From: TPA_inf: Saccharomyces
Lineage: Eukaryota
Assembly: GCA_000146045.2 (NCBI GenBank)
Contig: BK006942.2
Location: 1 to 64,000 of the forward strand
Reading direction: 5' to 3'
DNA: 64,000 nt
A program made the position numbers and the translations under genes. A model generated the notes under the pieces. That model saw nothing but the letters and a program-made list of their open reading frames with translations. It ran no database searches and had not been told where the DNA came from. Positions 23,119 through 34,686 of this stretch are shown piece by piece; position 1 is the stretch's first letter; each line of letters starts with the position of its first letter.

Positions 23119-26106
23119 TCAATGAGGTTGCTTTAGAACCCTCAGAAGTGACAGTAGTGTATGACTTTGGAGAAGCACTAGTTGCGTGACGGTTGAAGTA
23201 GCTTCAGGTATTTTAGAGGTGATTATCTTGACGTTACAACCATTGTCATCACCATTGAGTAACCAGTGGCAGTAGTGTATGTCCTTAGGGGCAGCACTGG
23301 TTTCTGAAGTTTCTGAAGTTTCTTTAGGAGCTTCAGAAGTGACAGTCTTGGTGCTACATCCATTGTCATCGCACTGAGTAACAGTAGCGGTGGTGTATGT
23401 CTTTGGAGAAACAGTAGTGGTTGTGGCTTCAGGGGCCTCAGAGGTGACAGTCTTAGTGTTACAGCCGTTGTCGTCACAGTGAGTAACGGTAACAGTAGTG
23501 TATGATTTTGGAGAAGTAGTAGTTGCTGAAGTTTCTTCAGGACATTCAGAAGTGACAGTCTTGGTGCTACATCCATTGTCATCACACTGAGTAACAGTAG
23601 CGGTGGTGTATGTCTTTGGAGAAACAGTAGTGGTTGTGGCTTCAGGAGCTTCAGAAGTGACAGTCTTGGTCTTACATCCATTGTCATCACAGTGGGTGAC
23701 GGTGGCAGTGGTGTACGATTGAGAAGAAACAGTAGTTGTGGTGGTAGCTTCAGGAGCTTCAGAGGTGACAGTCTTGGTGTTACAGCCATTGTCGTCACAG
23801 TGGGTTACGGTGACAGTGGTGTATGATTTTGGAGAAGCAGTTGTTGCTGATGTTTCTTTGGAACATTCAGAAGTGACAGTCTTGGTGTTACAGCCATTAT
23901 CGTCACAGTGAGTTACAGTGGCAGTTGTGTATGATTTGGAAGAAACGGTTTCAGTTACAACAGCACCGGTTGATGTACTAACGTGACATCCAGTTTCATC
24001 ACAAGAAGTAATAGTGGCGGTAGTGGATGAGCATGGAACGGTTGTGGTAATGGTATAGACGTTACCATTGGAGTCAGTTGTCTCTGAACAAGAAACTACG
24101 ACTGTGCTTGTGGCATTTACATAGTCTAGTGTTGTAGTGTAAACAGATGTTGAACCGGTAACGGAAGCACCAAATGAAGTGGAAGCAGTTGAACCGGTAA
24201 CGGAAGCACCGAATGAAGTGGAAGCAGTTGAACCGGTAACGGAAGCACCGAATGAAGTAGAACCGGTAACGGAAGCGGAAGCACCAGATGCAGTGGATGA
24301 AGAAGCGGCACTAGTAGCGACAACACCATTGTAGTTTAGGTAGTAAGCGTAAGCACCTGCAAAGATTCCTTCAGAGACGCTGAAGTCAGAGCTGGAGAAT
24401 CCGGTACCAATAGCAAAAGAGAATTGTCTGTTACCTTGGGTTGCAGTTAGAACACCGGTAGTACCGTCATAAGAAAGAGCAGTGATGTCAGCGGTAATGG
24501 CAATTTGGTTCTTACCAGTGTAGCCAACAACAGGAATAGGAGTGGCATTGGTTTCGGTTGGGTCAACAGCAAGGACACCTTCACCCTTGAATACAACAGT
24601 TTGGCCAGTAAATGTGTCAGGGTAGTGTAAGTATAGGTTACCGGAAATGATGTTGACTGTACCTTTTCCAGAAACTGGTTCGACAATAACATAGGTACTT
24701 CCATTGTCTAGGTTAATTTCACCGTTGTTTACTGAACCTTCAGTGTCGTCTCTACGTTGTAGACCGGAAACAGAACCACCGTTGAGAATAGCGTTCGAGA
24801 AAGAGAAGGCACCAGAATTGGAGTATGGAGAGAAAGTGACTTCACCCTTCTTGGACTTTGATAGACTTAAGGAAATGTCACCACTGTTGTCAAAAGAACT
24901 TGGAGTGAAGGAGTAGATGGATGCAGAGGTGGCAGCGGATTCTTCAGCGTTGAAGTTACCGGTCACGTCAAAGTTTTCACCGGAGATGTCGAATTCGGTA
25001 CCTGGATAGGTTTCTTTGGACTTTTTCACAAGCAAGTCACCGTAGACTTTTAGGTCAGCTGAGAAAGAATATTTGTCACCGTCAAGTAGAGTCAATTTGG
25101 CACCAGCTGCGACCACAACACCTTCTGTTGCAATTACTTTACCAGTAAGAGTTAGATCACCACTGATTGTAGTAGTTGGTAGATAGATAGTACCATCGCT
25201 GGAAGAAAGGGAGTTGGAAGCAGTTGCGCTTGCACTAGATGCTGAAGAAGTAATGGAACTCAAGGAATTGGAAGTGGCAGAACCGGAGGCAGTAGAAGCG
25301 GATGAGGTTGATTGAGGGAATGAGCTTGAGCTACCAGAAGCGGATGAGACTGATTGGCTGCCAGAGCTTGAGACACCAGAAGTAGAGGAAGCTGATTGAC
25401 TGACAGAGCTTGAGACATCAGAAGTAGAGGAAGCTGATTGACTGACAGAGCTTGAGACATCAGAAGCTGAGGAAGAAGATTGACTGACAGAGCTTGATAC
25501 ATCAGAAGCTGAAGAAGAAGATTGACTGACAGAGCTTGAGACATCAGAAGTAGAGGAAGCTGATTGACTGACAGAGCTTGAGACATCAGAAGCTGAGGAA
25601 GCTGATTGACTGACAGAGCTTGAGACATCAGAAGCTGAGGAAGAAGATTGACTGACAGAGCTTGATACATCAGAAGCTGAAGAAGAAGATTGACTGACAG
25701 AGCTTGAGACATCAGAAGTAGAGGAAGCTGATTGACTGACAGAGCTTGAGACATCAGAAGCTGAAGAAGAAGATTGACTGACAGAGCTTGATACATCAGA
25801 AACGGATGAAGAGGATTGGCTGACAGAGCTTGAGACAACAGAGGAAGAGGATGGACCGACAGAGCTCGAGACACCAGAAGTGGATGAAGCTGATTGTGTG
25901 ATAGAACTTAAGATATCGGTAGCGGACGAGGATGTCTCAGCAATAGAACTACTGATCGAAACGGATCCAGAGGAACTTGATACCACAGAGGTGGATGAGC
26001 TGTTGCTTGAAATTGAGGTGCTATTGCTATAGTACTGACCCAATGCACTTTGAGAGTAAAGGGCCAAAGCTAAAGCAGCTTGGAATTTGTTTAAACGATT
26101 GAACAT
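23119..26106 (-). CDS. YIL169C: Ser/Thr-rich secreted/cell-wall glycoprotein of the HPF1 family, 995 aa, with two internal tandem-repeat families
   Basis: ATG at 26106..26104 gives [23 protein letters not shown]... (signal peptide); the track start at 26115 is a TTG. It has a Ser-rich N-terminal half with 14-aa repeats, a central region of about 300 aa, and a C-terminal half of about 39-aa Cys-containing repeats ([31 protein letters not shown]). Confidence 0.8.
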   Translation of the reverse strand: MFNRLNKFQAALALALYSQSALGQYYSNSTSISSNSSSTSVVSSSSGSVSISSSIAETSSSATDILSSITQSASSTSGVSSSVGPSSSSVVSSSVSQSSSSVSDVSSSVSQSSSSASDVSSSVSQSASSTSDVSSSVSQSSSSASDVSSSVSQSSSSASDVSSSVSQSASSASDVSSSVSQSASSTSDVSSSVSQSSSSASDVSSSVSQSSSSASDVSSSVSQSASSTSDVSSSVSQSASSTSGVSSSGSQSVSSASGSSSSFPQSTSSASTASGSATSNSLSSITSSASSASATASNSLSSSDGTIYLPTTTISGDLTLTGKVIATEGVVVAAGAKLTLLDGDKYSFSADLKVYGDLLVKKSKETYPGTEFDISGENFDVTGNFNAEESAATSASIYSFTPSSFDNSGDISLSLSKSKKGEVTFSPYSNSGAFSFSNAILNGGSVSGLQRRDDTEGSVNNGEINLDNGSTYVIVEPVSGKGTVNIISGNLYLHYPDTFTGQTVVFKGEGVLAVDPTETNATPIPVVGYTGKNQIAITADITALSYDGTTGVLTATQGNRQFSFAIGTGFSSSDFSVSEGIFAGAYAYYLNYNGVVATSAASSSTASGASASVTGSTSFGASVTGSTASTSFGASVTGSTASTSFGASVTGSTSVYTTTLDYVNATSTVVVSCSETTDSNGNVYTITTTVPCSSTTATITSCDETGCHVSTSTGAVVTETVSSKSYTTATVTHCDDNGCNTKTVTSECSKETSATTASPKSYTTVTVTHCDDNGCNTKTVTSEAPEATTTTTVSSQSYTTATVTHCDDNGCKTKTVTSEAPEATTTTVSPKTYTTATVTQCDDNGCSTKTVTSECPEETSATTTSPKSYTTVTVTHCDDNGCNTKTVTSEAPEATTTTVSPKTYTTATVTQCDDNGCSTKTVTSEAPKETSETSETSAAPKDIHYCHWLLNGDDNGCNVKIITSKIPEATSTVTQLVLLQSHTLLSLLRVLKQPH
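23230..23960. repeat. Coding tandem repeats of about 117 nt (about 6 copies) encoding Cys-containing Thr-rich units in the YIL169C C-terminal half
   Basis: Recurring ...acagtcttggtgttacagccattgtcgtcacagtgagtaac... blocks; protein repeat xYTTxTVTxCDDNGCxTKTVTSExPExT. Confidence 0.75.
25330..25900. repeat. 42-nt coding tandem repeats (about 12 copies) encoding [14 protein letters not shown] units in YIL169C
   Basis: Unit gctgattgactgacagagcttgagacatcagaagtagaggaa repeats with variants. Confidence 0.8.
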
Positions 26107-29031
26107 CTCTTTCAATTAGGCGAGATCTTACCAAATTTGCAATGATGAGGCTTGCTGTTTCTAAATTTACTCGAAATAAAAACAACACATACTGTCCAAA
26201 ACCCCCCATAGCAATGAATCAAGACAAAGCCTTTTATATCATTGTAGGCGCTGTTGCAGTTATTTGTGGGCTTCCGATATGTAATTACTGAAAGGACTGT
26301 TGAGCTAGATCGATTTTTTGTACGGCAATTCCACAGGACTCTTCAAAGCCTGCGAGGTCTATGCGCGCGCGTTTGGTAAGTAGGAAATTGGGTAGTAATT
26401 TTATGCAAACGCAATGGTTGCCGTGAATAACAACACGATCCCTTTAATATTATACGAAAACGTGCAGAACGGCACAAACCAATAGGCTATGACCAAAATG
26501 GTTCATGAGAAAGAACCAGGAGTATTATGAGTAGTAACCCAATTTTTTTTTGAGACTTACGCTACTTTCGCTCAATCCAACACGAGCAATTACAGTAATC
26601 CGTACTCAAAATGAGCCGTTTGGACTCACTACAGGATCATATACGATTAAAAGATAGAAATAGGCATCTCCCGCCTTTGGAGCAAAAAAAAATGGTGGTT
26701 GCTCTTGGTCGCGAAGTGAATCTTCAACATTGCTGAGGGGACGGCTGCCTGACTTCACTGTGACGCGAACGCGATAATTTTTGCGTTAGCGAGTGGCTAG
26801 TAAGTCCCTTCAAAAGCCACTCCCTGTAAAATACCGCACCTTCCGGGTTGCTTTCATAATCAAACAAAGTTTAGGACTCCTCCCAAGACTCGTCCCTTGG
26901 CAAAAAAAATTAAGCACCTAACTAAAGAAACTTTTGCCATTTTTTTCCTAAAATAATTTGAAATGCCACCCAATTTGCAAACATGATTCATGGATCTTGG
27001 AATTATCATATTATTTAACGTTATTTGCACCTATCCACGAGAGAAAGCAAGGAACATAATTCCGTGCGCCGATATTCCAAATCTTTCCGAAAAAAATTCT
27101 CTAGCGGATTCATATAACCCGCTAGATAAGCCATATATTACTAATTGCCTTTCGTGTCTATTTGCCTGAGGATTTTAGACTACAGGGGTTATTTTCTTTT
27201 TTTTTGAGGATGATGAGGATGATGATAATAATCAGTGTCCGAGTTACACTCAATGAAAAACTTTTGGTGCAATTACGGGAGTAAAGAGTTTTCTTGACTT
27301 TTTGTCATGAATTTTTAGTGGCTTGTTTACAAGTTCAAAAGCAGGCATTCGCTTCGAAAGGACTGAACCTTGGTCTTCTGCGACAGCAATTTCTTTTCGT
27401 AATACCTTATATCATGTCCTGTCTTGAATTGTAGTTTTAAGGCGGGCATTATTTTGCTGAAATGGAATTTTGATAGCGGTAGTTCGATCATATGGCAATG
27501 CAGTACGATTTGTATATCGAGGCATATGCGTGTTGTTTCTACACACATCTAAAATATGTTTAGCTACTCCGTCGATAGAGTTGCGTATCATAAGTTATTT
27601 TGACAGCATCTCATTGTAATTTTACGTTACACCTTCTCTCTGGATGTAGTTCCAGGAGCTTGAGGCGACCTCATCAACTAAAGAAGTTGGTCAGAAGAAG
27701 GATAATGCACCATCAAGTATTTGCTATAGTCCGGTATGTCATCAAATGTCGAATGTTCCCCGTCAGGGTATTTTCTTCTAGAGAATACTTTTCTTTGGTG
27801 TCTCTGTAGCTTTCGGTTGGGTAAAAGGGTATTACTTCTTACTTCCACTGAAGGCTAGAATAACACGCAGGACTGAAAGGTGAAATGGCCTGTCTTGTGC
27901 TCTCTTCATTTTATTTTTTATTAGCAGAACATCCTGCTGTGATGAAATTTTATGGTCAACTTCTTTTACGATGACACCCTTTCTTGCACTTCCTTTAGGA
28001 CACTGAATTGGGATGCCACACGTACAAATTTGTCTTCTATGTGCGGAAATTAGAAACCATCCATTTACTTAATGTAATATTTCATTGTCTGCAAAAATTT
28101 GTTTGTGGTGTTATCTTAACAACTTAAAAAATTCTTCCTTATGCAGTGGAAACTTTTAATGACATGTGGTACACTTTTTAAAGGTTTACATGAAGTTTAC
28201 CATGCCTCTTCTTTTTTTTTATGTCTTGCTTGTAACGCAGTTGTAATTACTTGCTGTTATATCTCGAGCTTCCACCTATATTGCTTTCAACACAAAGAAC
28301 CTTTTGACGGTCTTGGGCTAGCTCCTATTTTTGGACCCTTGCCCATCACAGAACTATGAGAAAAGCAGTACGTCTTGACTTTAGTGCATGCTGTACATCC
28401 TAGACTGTAACTGATTCTTCACAGACCTTGCCACATAAAACTACAGATATCCCCGTTTTCTTGGTTTACGGTTGGCATACCTTCAAAATATTAACAGTCA
28501 ACTATTAAACGAATGATGCCCTACCTTATTTACATTCTTTATATATATATATATATAGCATTAGTTTACAAATACCGTACATGCCATTCACCTTGACACA
28601 CCCATAACGGTAATTCAAATCAAATCGTCATCGTTTGGGCGGAATCATATCCTCAAATTCTTGACATTGCATAGCGTAGTATATATGGTATTAAGAAAGC
28701 TCGTACAGCATAAGATATCAGGTTCTTTCTTTGAACATTATCGAACGCTGTTAGCCTCTTGTAGTATTTCCCCATTGGGCTAAACGGCAATGTCCTTATC
28801 GTAGTTAGAATATGGAAAAATTACATAATTTCGAAACTGGAAATGATGCTAGATAAAAGTGGAAGATTACTAAGCGTAGTATATTAGCCGGAAAGAATTC
28901 ATATATAGTCATGAAGACATTTTGAAAAAATTACATTTATAGAAGTTTATTATAACGTAACAGTTAACAACAAAGGCTCATAGTCCGAGATCAATATAAT
29001 AAATTATTCAAGGTTTAAGGAAGAAGTTACC

Positions 29032-30048
29032 ATGGAAATGACTTACTATGAAAAGACACCTTTGATTCGTCAATTTTTGAACAATGGTAAGACAAATTCG
29101 TGGTTTTACGTTAAGCATGAGATGTTACAACCAGGTGGAAGTTTCAAATCGAGAGGAATCGGGCATTTGATAAGGAAGAGTAATGAAGAAGCGCTAAGCG
29201 AGGGTTCTGGGAAGCTTGCTGTATTTTCTAGCTCTGGGGGAAATGCTGGTTTAGCAGCAGCAACTGCCTGCAGATCGATGGCACTTAATTGCAGTGTAGT
29301 GGTTCCTAAAACTACAAAACCTAGAATGGTAAAGAAAATTCAAAGTGCAGGAGCCAAAGTCATTATCCATGGTGATCATTGGGGGGAAGCAGATGAATAC
29401 TTGAGGCACGAATGAATGGCGCAAGAAAGCCAACATGGTTCGAAGACACTATATGTGCACCCGTTTGATAACGAGACAATTTGGGAAGGTCATTCTACGA
29501 TTGTGGATGAAATCATAGAACAATTGAAGGAAAATGATATATCCTTACCTAGGGTGAAAGCTTTGGTTTGTAGTGTTGGTGGTGGTGGGCTATTTAGTGG
29601 CATAATTAAAGGCCTAGATAGGAATCAGCTTGCTGAAAAAATTCCGGTCGTTGCTGTAGAAACTGCCGGTTGTGACGTATTGAATAAGTCTCTCAAAAAA
29701 GGTAGTCCAGTTACTCTTGAAAAATTGACAAGTGTTGCAACTTCTTTGGCCTCCCCATACATAGCATCATTCGCGTTTGAGAGTTTTAACAAGTATGGAT
29801 GTAAGTCTGTAGTTTTATCAGATCAAGACGTTCTGGCAACATGCTTGAGATATGCCGATGACTACAATTTTATAGTGGAACCAGCCTGTGGAGCATCCTT
29901 ACATTTATGTTATCATCCAGAGATTCTTGAAGACATTCTGGAACAAAAAATATATGAGGATGATATCGTTATTATAATCGCATGCGGTGGATCATGTATG
30001 ACGTATGAAGACTTGGTGAAAGCGTCGAGCACATTAAACGTATCATAA
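29032..30048 (+). pseudogene. SDL1: L-serine/threonine dehydratase (PLP-dependent) interrupted by an in-frame TGA at 29413-29415
   Basis: Track ORFs 29032..29415 and 29416..30048 are in the same frame (CAC GAA TGA ATG GCG) and together form one PLP-dependent serine dehydratase (FKSRGIGH lysine motif, GGGG loop). Confidence 0.8.
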
Positions 30049-30937
30049 TTTTCAAATACACACGCGATCTTAGAGCAATAGAAATGGATCGCGATCTATC
30101 TATGTACGTTCGGACTTATTAAGATGTGTTTCATTTTTTTTCGTTCTAGTCTTTTTATTGGATGGTGGTCTGGAAATTCAATCTACTGATACTACAGTAT
30201 TAAAGCAATTAAGCACCTAGGATGAAGCTCCTGCAAGTAGCTTGGTAGATGAGAAATGTTAAGCGGATAGTAACGCTGAAGCTATGCTATGCCATAATAA
30301 TTTATAAAAAAATCAATAAAAAAGAGTGTATATTGATATTACTAATATGTAGAAGAAAGAATTAACTAGTATAATTCGGAGAGTAGTAAAGAAAATTTTA
30401 TTTACATATGAATGTAGAAATTAATTCTACGATTCACGCGGAATATTGTGAAATCTTGAGATAAGAAAGTTGCAAGAGATCACAAATGAAGGTTATCTGC
30501 AAACAGCATAAACAGATGACACCTTATGAATGTAAGGTAACATCGGTAGCTTAGCGCGTTGACCTGTGAGCTCCTACATAGAATATTTGTGTGCTTGGGG
30601 ATTATTTGAGAAGCATTAGGCTGGTTCAGAGGAATATTTACAATTGGTCATTGTATTTTGATATCAATTACCGAAGATTTTGGTGTTATTATGTTCAAAA
30701 ACTTTTTTTTGTTTCCGTGAACACACAATTGCTGTCACCTGCTTTTGTGGTATAGCAGTGCAAAACTACTAAAAAGCAATAACATCCCATGACCTTTACC
30801 TTAAAAACTCGAAAAAAAAAAGTTTTTGCATTAACCTTTTGTTGCTCTGGTGTAATAATTTTTTTTGATGTATGACTTCTCGCTTTTGCGTGTAGCATTA
30901 CTCTAACAGCAAAAATTTTAATACACGAAAACTTAAT

Positions 30938-32566
30938 CTAGTGAATAAACCTATAATCAAGACGCTTCATTCCCTTATCTTTAGTTGTGTCCAAGTAATT
31001 GATCTGCTCTTCTTTTGTCATAGAGTTCCATTTGCGGTCCTTGTATTTATTCCTACTAATATAGTAAAACTTAGTAGCAACAGCCATACAAATGTTGAAG
31101 CAAGTGAATCCTAGAAGTATTTTGTTACCTCTAGTATAGTAAGGTTTATCATCATTTCTATACATGTTAGAAGCAATGATTGCTCCAACTTGGGCACTCA
31201 TATTGTATAACGCTGTGCCCACTGTACGCGATCTTACCGAATTTGAAATCTCGGAGACCCAACCAGCAAGAATGGAATGTGTATAGGGAAGACCAAGTAT
31301 ACCGGTTAGTAATATATACTTGATCCAGGGGTTTGTGTCAGTCGGTAAAGCGACCAGAGAAACTATGAAAGGGAGCACCCAAACGTTGGCAATTCCCACA
31401 CAAAGTGATTTTTCTTTCAATTTACGCGATAATAGTGCCGCTAATGGTAAATTTATTAGCAGCAGGGCTTGGCCTGGAATTGCTAAAATGTTCGAAAGAA
31501 ATGTAGAGTAATTTAAACTCTTTAATATCAAAGATAAATAGGAACCAACTGTTTGAAGAGATATGAATGCTGTAATACCTTGGATAAACAATGGCCATAG
31601 ATCAAATTCTGTTAGAGTGTACAAAATCTCCTTGAAGGTAACTGGTTGTCGGTTACTCATGTCACCCTTTGATGGGTCATCCCTTAAAATTCTGTTAACC
31701 ATAATTTTCTCCTCATACTCAGTGAATAACGATTTTCCTTTGTGAAATGCAGACTCACCAGTTTGCGTAGGTCCTCTACGCATTAAATAAAAGGATGCCA
31801 CGCCAACAGAAAGGGACAGAAACCCTTCAATTATAAATAGGTACTGCCAGCCAGCTAAGTTATGAATACCCCTCATCTCTATGATTCCGGAAGCTAAAAG
31901 AGAGCCTAAAATTTGGAAAAGAGGTATAGCACACCAAAAGAAACTTAGGCGGAATGTGAGCTCAGCTCCAGTATAATAATATGACAAGTATAGAATATTG
32001 TCCGGGATGAACCCGCCCTGTACCATTCCTAATAAGCATCTAGTAGCAATAAATTGACCTCGATTTTTCAGACCAGCTTGAGTAATACAAATTACACTCC
32101 ACAACACAATTTGAACCGGAATGACCCTTTCTGGACCAAATCTTTTGGACAGCAGATTGCCGGGTAGTTCACTTGCTAGAAATATAACTAGATAAACAGT
32201 TTGGCCAAGGTTGTAGTCGTTCGTGTTCATTTTCAAGTCAACAATGAAGTTGTCTGAAACTGCCCTTGCAATATTTTTCCTTATTAAATCCAAAAAGGCA
32301 AACATAATAAAAACCCACAAAAAAATCTTCAAGTCCATTTTTCTTACCAATTTCTTTTCCTCATCCTTTGTCCATGTAAACTCAGGATCGAATTTAGACA
32401 AGCCTTCATAACCACTGGATTCATAGACTTTTCTCCAACGCTCTGCTTTATGAAAATCGTCAAATGGGTTATGTGAAATACTCTCCGAATCTGATGTTAA
32501 GCTTTCTGCGGACACAGATAATTGGGCCTTTTCTACAATATCGTATTCTTCTTTTTGTACGGACAT
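30938..32566 (-). CDS. SOA1: MFS transporter of the Dal5/allantoate permease family (sulfonate/sulfite transporter), 542 aa
   Basis: ATG-initiated 542-aa ORF with about 12 predicted TM helices and Dal5-family similarity. Confidence 0.75.
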   Translation of the reverse strand: MSVQKEEYDIVEKAQLSVSAESLTSDSESISHNPFDDFHKAERWRKVYESSGYEGLSKFDPEFTWTKDEEKKLVRKMDLKIFLWVFIMFAFLDLIRKNIARAVSDNFIVDLKMNTNDYNLGQTVYLVIFLASELPGNLLSKRFGPERVIPVQIVLWSVICITQAGLKNRGQFIATRCLLGMVQGGFIPDNILYLSYYYTGAELTFRLSFFWCAIPLFQILGSLLASGIIEMRGIHNLAGWQYLFIIEGFLSLSVGVASFYLMRRGPTQTGESAFHKGKSLFTEYEEKIMVNRILRDDPSKGDMSNRQPVTFKEILYTLTEFDLWPLFIQGITAFISLQTVGSYLSLILKSLNYSTFLSNILAIPGQALLLINLPLAALLSRKLKEKSLCVGIANVWVLPFIVSLVALPTDTNPWIKYILLTGILGLPYTHSILAGWVSEISNSVRSRTVGTALYNMSAQVGAIIASNMYRNDDKPYYTRGNKILLGFTCFNICMAVATKFYYISRNKYKDRKWNSMTKEEQINYLDTTKDKGMKRLDYRFIH

Positions 32567-33717
32567 AGATGAAACTTTGTTTGTTGATTGAATTTTTTAT
32601 TAATTGTTTGTACAATAAATAATTTCAATAATCAACAATTGAACGCTGCCTTTTTATACTAAATGATTCAGTAGAAGACGAACCTAGCGCAGGGAATACG
32701 TCATGTATTTGATAGTAAGCGCCAAACCTATTAGGCAATAAAGTGTGACAAATTGGTAGCATTGATAGTTATTCCCAATTGACCCATAGGCTGTTGAAAT
32801 GAAACCATCAGTATATGTTGAAACCTCAAGTGAGGCGTCAACCTCTAAGTGAGGCTTCAAGCTTCGCCAACTATTATATATGCCACATGACTGCAGGGTC
32901 CTTATTTTAAGGAGCTAGCTGCAACGACTTTGTGCTGTAAAGGGGTGCAGCAGCAAATGTAGCCTATTTGCTCGAGGTTTTTCTTTCTTACGAGAATGCT
33001 AGCAATTCAAGATAGTACGTTGTAATATGATGCATTTCGGCACAATTATCCGAGAAACGGACTATTTCGGGATTATATCGATCCGAAATTCTCTGCGTCG
33101 AGCCGAATGCCAAGGAAAAAAGTTCAGAGAATGACTACAAACAGCCTTGGCGACGGCAAAAGTAAGCTTGGTAAGAATGGCTTGATCCACACGGTGATTC
33201 TTGTATCGGGTCAATGCATAATTTTGATTGTGAAAGGCGCAATTATTAAGGCTGCATTCTTTAGCTTGTCTTGACTCCTACCCGTCATCGTACAATCTCC
33301 ACATTAAAAAATATCACGACATTTATAAATCTTCTTCACACCGGATTAAACAAAAAAACTGTGTTAATCGGATCCGGGAGAAAATGCTAATATCTCCTTC
33401 TTGTTTGTGAAATGATGATAACTGGGCTGTTGAACGAAAATGAAACTTCTCAAATACACCTATTTATTAATAAATGTTAATTTATATTTTAAAAAAAGGT
33501 AAAAATTAAATGATCAGGTTTGCGATCCTGATTTCAAAATCATGGCTTGGATTATATCTTAGAGACGTATGGATTTCAAACAAATGCCTATTTGATTGAA
33601 TATTACAGATCTACATTATCTCTTGTACATAAAACATTATATAACAGACATATTGATATTAACGAATATTTTCGAGCCACCATTCATGAAAGCCTAGTTA
33701 ATGGATTTATGCGGTAT

Positions 33718-34686
33718 TCATTTCGTAAACTTGACATCGTGTGACCTTTCATTGACAGTCAACTGGAAGACATCTCCCCTAGCATAATGTCCGACAGGGT
33801 CAAGATCAAAGCGAGCTTCAGCAATCAAGTCAGTGTTAATTTCGGCGGTTAAAAGGCCCTCCTGCCCTAGCAATGGCCCTGCAATAATCTCTCCATAAGG
33901 ATCAATAATAACACTACCTCCATTAATACAGTTGTCGTCAGCAGATGGCCATCCAGGTAATTTTCTCTTACCTGTAGCTTGGTCAATAATCTCCCCAAAG
34001 CCCATTGCTGTCGCATCTGGCATGAACTGCACTGCACTAATCAAGAATAGACGACCTTCGTATGCAATATTTTTCATCACAGTCCTCTAAATAGGCCTAG
34101 CATCCACCGTTGGGGCACACCAGATCTCAACCCCTTTTTTATACATGGCGTATCTCAGTAGAGGCATCATGTTCTCCCAGCAGATAGCACCGCCAATCTT
34201 CCCAGCAGCGGTATCCACGACAGGCAGAGTCGAACCATCGCCTTGACCCCATATCAGTCTTTCGCCAGCTGTCGGCATCAGTTTTCGATGCTTCCCAACG
34301 TAGCCATCTTTAGGATCTATATAAACCATGGTACAATATAATGTCGTCCCATCGCGCTCTATACACCCCACACATAAGGATGCGTCGGTGGCCTTCGATA
34401 GTGCGCACAACTGACTAATTTCTGGATATTTCTCTCCGTTTCCGATCTCAATTGCTTCGGCAAGATACTTAGCATACTCCTCCCTTCCTTCTTGAAGACG
34501 GTAGCCTAGATAAACCCCAAAGTTCGATCCCTTTGGATAACCACCAAGAGTGGCTTCTGGGATAACGACCAACTTGGCACCAGATTCCTTGATCTCCTTC
34601 TCATATGACAAAATTTTTTTCAAGGTATCCTTAGTAGAGCCCGGACAAGAGCCGATTTGAAGGGCAGCAACAATGTGTTTCGCCAT
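33718..34686 (-). pseudogene. NIT1: Nitrilase-superfamily gene interrupted by an in-frame TAG (34089..34087)
   Basis: ORFs 34087..34686(-) ([22 protein letters not shown]...[10 protein letters not shown]...[13 protein letters not shown], the catalytic Cys region) and 33718..34080(-) are in the same frame, separated by TAG plus two codons; the downstream ORF's first M is really GTG. Together they make a full-length nitrilase. Confidence 0.8.

Noticed and set aside
23223-25874. Alternative-frame ORFs inside YIL169C (23223..23798, 24126..24329, 25260..25874), Pro/Leu-rich
   Set aside because: Frame artefacts of the coding tandem repeats; same strand and overlapping the real ORF
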